From: a virus
Length of the DNA: 64,000 nt
IMG/VR virus record: IMGVR_UViG_3300027779_003171
Location: 7,294 to 71,293 of that record
Reading direction: 5' to 3' (one strand)
Both the position numbers and the translations under genes were made by a program. The notes below the pieces were generated by a model. The model did not search any database. It was not told the origin of the DNA and was given only the letters and a program-made list of their open reading frames with translations. Of this stretch, positions 59,048 through 64,000 are shown piece after piece; within the stretch, counting starts at the first letter, position 1; every line of letters starts with the position of its first letter.

Positions 59048-59683
59048 ATGGGTAAAAAAATAATACTTTCCAGCCTTGGAGACGGGGAGCTAGTAAAGAG
59101 AAGCCAGAAAGGCAATGAGAAGGCTTTCGAGGTTTTGATATATCGTCATGCCGCGCTAGTTCGCTCGTCTTTGTACAAGACGGGGATATCTGAAGCTGAC
59201 GCAAACGACATCCTCCAACAGACCTACATTAAGTCTTGGAGGAGAATTAAAACTTTTAAATTTAAAAGTAATTTTTCTACGTGGTTTTACAGGGTTTGCC
59301 GCAACTCCCTTTACGACTTTTCTAGGCAGAAAACCCGACGAAAATCGAAGGAAATCCCTTGGGAAGATTTATGTTTAGAAAATGATAAAAATCCCCTTGA
59401 CTTTCTACAAGGTAGTGGTATACTATTTGGTAGTGAAGAGGAAAGCCCGAGTGAGCTGGTCGTTGGAAAAGAAAACTCTGACCACTATAAGGCGACTATA
59501 GAAAAGATTAAAAAATCTTTAAAACCTCACCACAGAAGAGTAATTGAGCTTGTAGTGGAAGAAGAGCTAACTTACGCAGAAGCGGCGAAAGTAATGAAGT
59601 GTCCACTGGGGACGGTTATGAGCAGACTACATTTAGCTAGACGAGAAGCTCAAAAAATAATAAGAAGAAGAAAGCTTTTATGA
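59048..59683 (+). CDS. ECF-type sigma70 factor
   Basis: D.ELV.R...G..AFE.L, F...SNFSTWFYR and TYAEAA..CPLGTVMSRLHLAR motifs. Confidence 0.92.
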   Translation: MGKKIILSSLGDGELVKRSQKGNEKAFEVLIYRHAALVRSSLYKTGISEADANDILQQTYIKSWRRIKTFKFKSNFSTWFYRVCRNSLYDFSRQKTRRKSKEIPWEDLCLENDKNPLDFLQGSGILFGSEEESPSELVVGKENSDHYKATIEKIKKSLKPHHRRVIELVVEEELTYAEAAKVMKCPLGTVMSRLHLARREAQKIIRRRKLL

Positions 59684-60512
59684 AAAAAGATGAACTTTTA
59701 GGGATGGAGGTCTTCTACGAAGACAATCCGCAACGATGCGAACCTCGTGGGCACAAAGGCGTGGAAGGGGTAGAGGGGATTCCCGCTCCAAAACCAGTGG
59801 ATGTTTGGGCTTTTGGCGATTCAGACGAAGAAGACGATTTTGATGATGTCTACGGGGAGTGTGACAATTACGACGTTTACGAGCAAGAGCAGCCCCGCGA
59901 TACTCTCATCACCGTCCCGATAAAGGGAAGAATTTATTCTGTGGAGGGGTTGGATATCACGGCGAAATTAAAAGAGATTAGACCCCTAACGAAAACCGCT
60001 GGCATTCTTGAGATGTCCCATCACGGTAACACTTTTTATATAAATCCGAGTGATTTAAAGAGAGCGTCATCCGAGGAGGTGACGCAATATTTAGAAGAGA
60101 GCGATTACAACAATACCCCTTAGCTGATTTATAGAGGATTAGAACATAATAACTAGCAACACCCATGCAAGTCGTAGTTTATTACAACCCGAAAAAGAAG
60201 TGCCTAGAAATTAAAGGGCGCAAGGATGAGAATCGTTATCCCGCGAAAAAGCAGCTTGACGTTCTTAAACGAACTCATGCTCTAGACTTGGGAGAGGTGT
60301 CGCTTAAGAGGAGAACCTTTTCTGGCAAGGTGGATTTAGATACAATCCATTCCTTGGAAGAGAAAAAGTCTCCACGTCCGAAGTGGAAGCAGCAAGTCGA
60401 AATAAAGAAAACGGACGGCGGTAATAGATTTTTTGATGTTAAAACAGGCAAGAAGCTAGAAGCTTACGCTCCTAGGCTCTTCCTAGAAGATTGTAAAATT
60501 TTTGTTCTTTAA
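59680..60512 (+). CDS. Two hypothetical ORFs (59680-60123, 60165-60512)
   Basis: ATG-start ORFs. Confidence 0.55.
60133..60164 (+). repeat. Solitary repeat (AGAGGATTAGAAC) + 19-nt spacer unit
   Basis: Same motif as the array, with the same distance to the next ATG. Confidence 0.65.
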
Positions 60513-60518
60513 AATAAT

Positions 60519-60782
60519 TTTACTGGTTGATCGCCAGTAAAGGGTGTGACCGAATAAACTGCTGTCGCGGCAGTTAAGGTACAGGGCTTGTTTGCAGGAG
60601 ATTACCGTCTCTAGGGGCTTACAAGGGCTGGTTCAAAGTAGGGTTTCTCACTGAAACTCAAGCTGTGACTCCGAAACGATGGAGGTAAATGAGAATCCTC
60701 CCACCCATAATTTACGCGCAGGAAACTGTGCCTTAAAGCAGGAGGTAAGGCTCTTACTTACCTTTCGACCTTGCCTCTTGCT
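60519..60782 (+). ncRNA. Structured RNA, core 60542-60706 resembling the manA RNA motif
   Basis: Closing GGGTG/CACCC pair, TGACCGAATAA 5' motif, terminal GGAGG-TAAATGAGAAT-CCTCC hairpin and flanking hairpins. Confidence 0.55.
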
Positions 60783-60798
60783 AAAATTTAAAAAAATC

Positions 60799-61443
60799 AT
60801 GAAAACACTGAAACTGAATAAGTATAAAACTAACGTGCACGGGACACTCCGAGCAGCCACCGAACAACTAGCTGTCAGAGTTGACAAAATCATCGAGTAC
60901 TACTCTTTCGCGGGGCAAGCCAATGGGCAGCAGACCGATAAAGAAGGGACAGTCGTCGTTACCGAGGGTGGGGAGCATTACGTTAAAGAGCTTTTCGCTA
61001 AGGTAACTACCGATATCAAAAAGGCTCGCTAATGGAGGATGAGCTAAGAAAGAAGGTTAAGACCTTGAGGATATTTATTTGTGTCCTCTTGGTCCTAACC
61101 TCATTTCAGTCAGCTTTCCTTTACCTGCTGTCGAAGGGGATAGTCCCTTCATCCTTGGTGGTGGTTAAAGAAGTTGTAATTAAAGAGGACAACAACACAG
61201 TAACAAGTATGAAGGATATTATAAAGGAGGAGAATGGTGAAAAATAATAAATTATTATATAATGCTTTAAAATCGAGGTACGAAGCACAGAAGGCAGAAG
61301 CTCTCGCTACTCTGGATGTCTACTACAGAAATGCTGCTGGCATCGGGGAGCATCCGCAAGTTGTGGAGGAGATGGCTAAACAATTGGAGTCACTAGCCAA
61401 CGCCGAGGATTGTCTAGAGTCGCTAAAGAAGAATTGCGCTTGA
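60799..61443 (+). CDS. Three small hypothetical ORFs (60799-61032, 61032-61247, 61234-61443)
   Basis: Coupled ORFs; the last has a GIGEHP motif common in phage proteins. Confidence 0.55.
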
Positions 61444-61468
61444 CATTTATCCTTGGGGATGGTATAGT
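61440..61468 (+). promoter_or_regulatory. Sigma70-type promoter
   Basis: TTGACA-N17-TATAGT with TG extension. Similar promoters at 25230, 46112 and 50011. Confidence 0.75.
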
Positions 61469-61480
61469 GTTCGTAGCCCT

Positions 61481-62020
61481 ATGGAAAACGCCTTATTCAG
61501 AACGAGAACTTACCTTGTAGGTCACATGCAATACGCCAATGGCCGCGATTGGAGAGATCATGTTGAGGAGGAGTTAGAAAAATTAAACATTGTCACTTTC
61601 AATCCTTACAAAAAACCCTTTGTTAAGGACGTAGACGAAGGTGAAGATGCTCGCCTCTCGCTAGAGCATTGCCAGAAACATGGATATTTTAATGACGTGG
61701 CAGAGAGGATGAGCCTCGTAAGGAGTTACGATCTCAACCTCGTTGATAGGTCAGATTTTATCATTGCACATCTTTTGCCAGACGTTGCAAGTTGGGGGAG
61801 CGCGGAGGAGCTTGTAACCGCAGTAAGAATGAAGAAGCCGATCTTCATTTCGATGGAGGGCGGAAAACACAAGACTCCTCTTTGGATTATGGGGATGTTG
61901 CCCCATCACTATATTTACGACAACATTGAAGAGGTAGTATCTATGCTGAAAAGTATCGACAGTGGTGAAAAAAAGATAGATAGCGATAGGTGGAGACTAT
62001 TAAAAAAGGAATTAAGGTAA
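61481..62020 (+). CDS. Nucleoside 2-deoxyribosyltransferase-like protein
   Basis: YLVGHM, FNP, DL..VDRSD and SWGSAEEL motifs. Confidence 0.75.
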   Translation: MENALFRTRTYLVGHMQYANGRDWRDHVEEELEKLNIVTFNPYKKPFVKDVDEGEDARLSLEHCQKHGYFNDVAERMSLVRSYDLNLVDRSDFIIAHLLPDVASWGSAEELVTAVRMKKPIFISMEGGKHKTPLWIMGMLPHHYIYDNIEEVVSMLKSIDSGEKKIDSDRWRLLKKELR

Positions 62021-62977
62021 TTGAAAAAAACAAAAACAACCAAAAAGAGAGAGCCAATCGAGAGCTTAAGCGAGTCTCGCGATTTGATGGTGATGTATTC
62101 CCGACAAGCCCTGAACAACCCGCTTTTAACCAGGGAAGAGGAACAAGTCCTTGCAACCAAAATTCAAAAATGGAAACTAGCTAAAAGAGCTGGCCAAGGA
62201 ACCCGCAAGGCTGGTGAAGAAGCAAGAGAGAAAATGATCTTATCTAACTTGCGCCTCGTGGTGAATGTCGCAAGGAAATACCAAGGCCGAATGGATAATA
62301 TTGATTTAATAAGCGAGGGTAACATTGGCCTTGCTACGGCGGCAGACAAATTCAAACCTGGGGTAATAGCTAAAAACGGAAACATCGTTAAGTTCTCTAC
62401 GTACGCCGTATGGTGGATTAAGCAGGGTATCTTGCGAGCTCTCGCGAATAAGGCCAACATAATTAGACTACCAGCCCATTACCAAGGGAAGGTTAGAAAG
62501 GTATTCGAATTTATTGAAAAATACAAAGAGGAGAACAACGACTACAAGCCCTCCGTAGCGGAAATCGCCAAAGCACTTAAGATGACTTTGTTAACAGCAG
62601 AGAACATTGTTTATACTCGTGAGGGAATAGTTTCCCTAGATAAGAAAATCGGAGAGAGTGAAGATCAAGAAATAGGAGAGTTAATTCCTGATACGTCTTT
62701 CGCTCGCCCAGACGAAGCATTAGCTGACCAAGACAGGTACGAGCAACTCCACAAATTAATGGAGGAGAGATTGAGCCCTAGAGAAGTGGACATACTAAAG
62801 TTACGTTTTGGTTTTGGTGTTAGAGACAGAAGCACCCTAGAGACAATCGGCGCAAAACATAACGTAACGAGGGAACGAATTCGCCAGATTGAAATGAAAG
62901 CTTTTCGTAAATTACGATTTATTTTGGAAAAAAGGAAAAAGGACTTTAAAAAAATAATGGACTCAAGCGAGGTATAG
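62021..62977 (+). CDS. RpoD/RpoS-like sigma70 factor
   Basis: LLTREEE, SNLRLVV..A, DLISEGNIGL, KFSTYAVWWIKQ and TRERIRQIE motifs. Confidence 0.93.
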   Translation: MKKTKTTKKREPIESLSESRDLMVMYSRQALNNPLLTREEEQVLATKIQKWKLAKRAGQGTRKAGEEAREKMILSNLRLVVNVARKYQGRMDNIDLISEGNIGLATAADKFKPGVIAKNGNIVKFSTYAVWWIKQGILRALANKANIIRLPAHYQGKVRKVFEFIEKYKEENNDYKPSVAEIAKALKMTLLTAENIVYTREGIVSLDKKIGESEDQEIGELIPDTSFARPDEALADQDRYEQLHKLMEERLSPREVDILKLRFGFGVRDRSTLETIGAKHNVTRERIRQIEMKAFRKLRFILEKRKKDFKKIMDSSEV

Positions 62978-62978
62978 G

Positions 62979-63799
62979 ATGCCGTTCAAAAAGAAGCCTT
63001 ATAAAAAAGTCGGAGACATTTACCTGCCTCGCCCACCTATGGGAGCGACACATATCCTTTTCGAAACTGCTGAGAACAAAAGAGCTACAGTAGCAATCAA
63101 AAGCGTGGATACCCTTTTAGGTTCCGTGGGGACAATAAAATATTTAAAATTAAATAACAGAAATAAACTTGTCGAAAGATTCGATAAAGAGTACTCATGG
63201 ACCGGCAAAAAAATCAAGGGCTTAAAGATATGACCGTATATGAGGAAAAACTACTGGATAAGAATGACTATATAGTGCATCCCGCGACCATTAGAGAACA
63301 GGAAACAGCCACCGAAGTAGCGCGAAGAAGGCGGGATTTCCATAGGGGTTACGGTTCTCAAAGACATTGGGATGATAAAGAGAAGGGCGAATACGCAGAC
63401 GAATATTGGGGGGCGTTAGGAGAAATAGTTTTTAGAAAGCACCTTGCTCACCGTATTCTCGATGAATCTCTCGATTTCCCGCCCTTATTTACCGAAGATC
63501 AAACGAATACCCCGAAATATGATGCTAAAATTGGAGCCAAAAAAATAGAAATAAAAGCCATCCCACCCGACAGCAATGGTAAGAAAAGAATTAGACTAAT
63601 GATAAAAGAGTCAGAGTTTCATGACGACGACTATTTCGTGGCTATAAAATTTTGGGACGAAGAAACTTACTCTTTTTGCGGCTACCTTACTCGATCAGAA
63701 GTTCTGGAGAGTGACATTATTGACTTGCCATATTCGAGAGGGTACTGTTTCTTCCTGAGTGAGTTGCGAAAGATGACAATAAATTTTTACAGGAGTTGA
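62979..63799 (+). CDS. Two ORFs (62979-63233 hypothetical; 63230-63799 PD-(D/E)XK-like nuclease)
   Basis: The second has GALGE..YD....IEIK. Confidence 0.55.
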
Positions 63800-63802
63800 G
63801 AC

Positions 63803-64000
63803 ATGAAAAAGAAAGAGTCTTTAGGTGTTGGCCAGCAGGAACAAGAGCAAGTTGAACAGCAACAGATTCAGCAGCAACAGATGGAGCAGCAACAGATGCA
63901 GCAGCAACAGATGCAGCAGCAACAGATGCAGCAGCAACAGATGCAGCAGCAAGAGATGGAGCAGCAAGAGATGGAGCAGCAGCAAATGGAGCAGCAGCAA
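63803..64000 (+). CDS. Polyglutamine protein, 3'-partial; 15-nt tandem repeat (CAGCAGCAACAGATG)n
   Basis: MKKKESLGVG followed by QQQQM/EQQQM repeats running to the window end. Confidence 0.75.
   Translation, partial: MKKKESLGVGQQEQEQVEQQQIQQQQMEQQQMQQQQMQQQQMQQQQMQQQEMEQQEMEQQQMEQQQ

Overview
This window is a 64-kb slice of a large, uncultured-type dsDNA tailed phage genome; the host is probably from the PVC superphylum (inference). It starts with the 3' part of a giant virion-type protein. A minus-strand replication module follows: a DnaE-type polymerase split into PHP, DEDDh exonuclease and catalytic genes, a Cas4/AddB-like nuclease, DnaG, DnaB and RecA. Next come a glycan-modification cluster and nucleotide metabolism genes (NrdAB, ThyX, dCMP deaminase, dNMP kinase, GuaC). 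The window also carries six tRNAs, a tmRNA, three sigma factors, proteostasis genes and many small hypothetical ORFs. The most notable signal is a transposase-free TnpB/Cas12f-like RuvC nuclease (53830-55311). It is preceded by a promoter-driven structured RNA carrying an anti-repeat, and followed by a four-unit mini-array of 13-nt AGAGGATTANAAC repeats with 18-26 nt spacers, plus two solitary repeat+19-nt units in later intergenic gaps. Together these form a candidate minimal, dispersed CRISPR-like RNA-guided system. Other candidates are an ornate ~380-nt ncRNA, a manA-like RNA, a GTGTAAT phage promoter for leaderless transcripts, a sigma-54 Hsp20 promoter, an ACP/AcpS pair, a metallothionein-like lipoprotein and several decayed genes. 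All calls come from reading the sequence by eye; no database searches were run.
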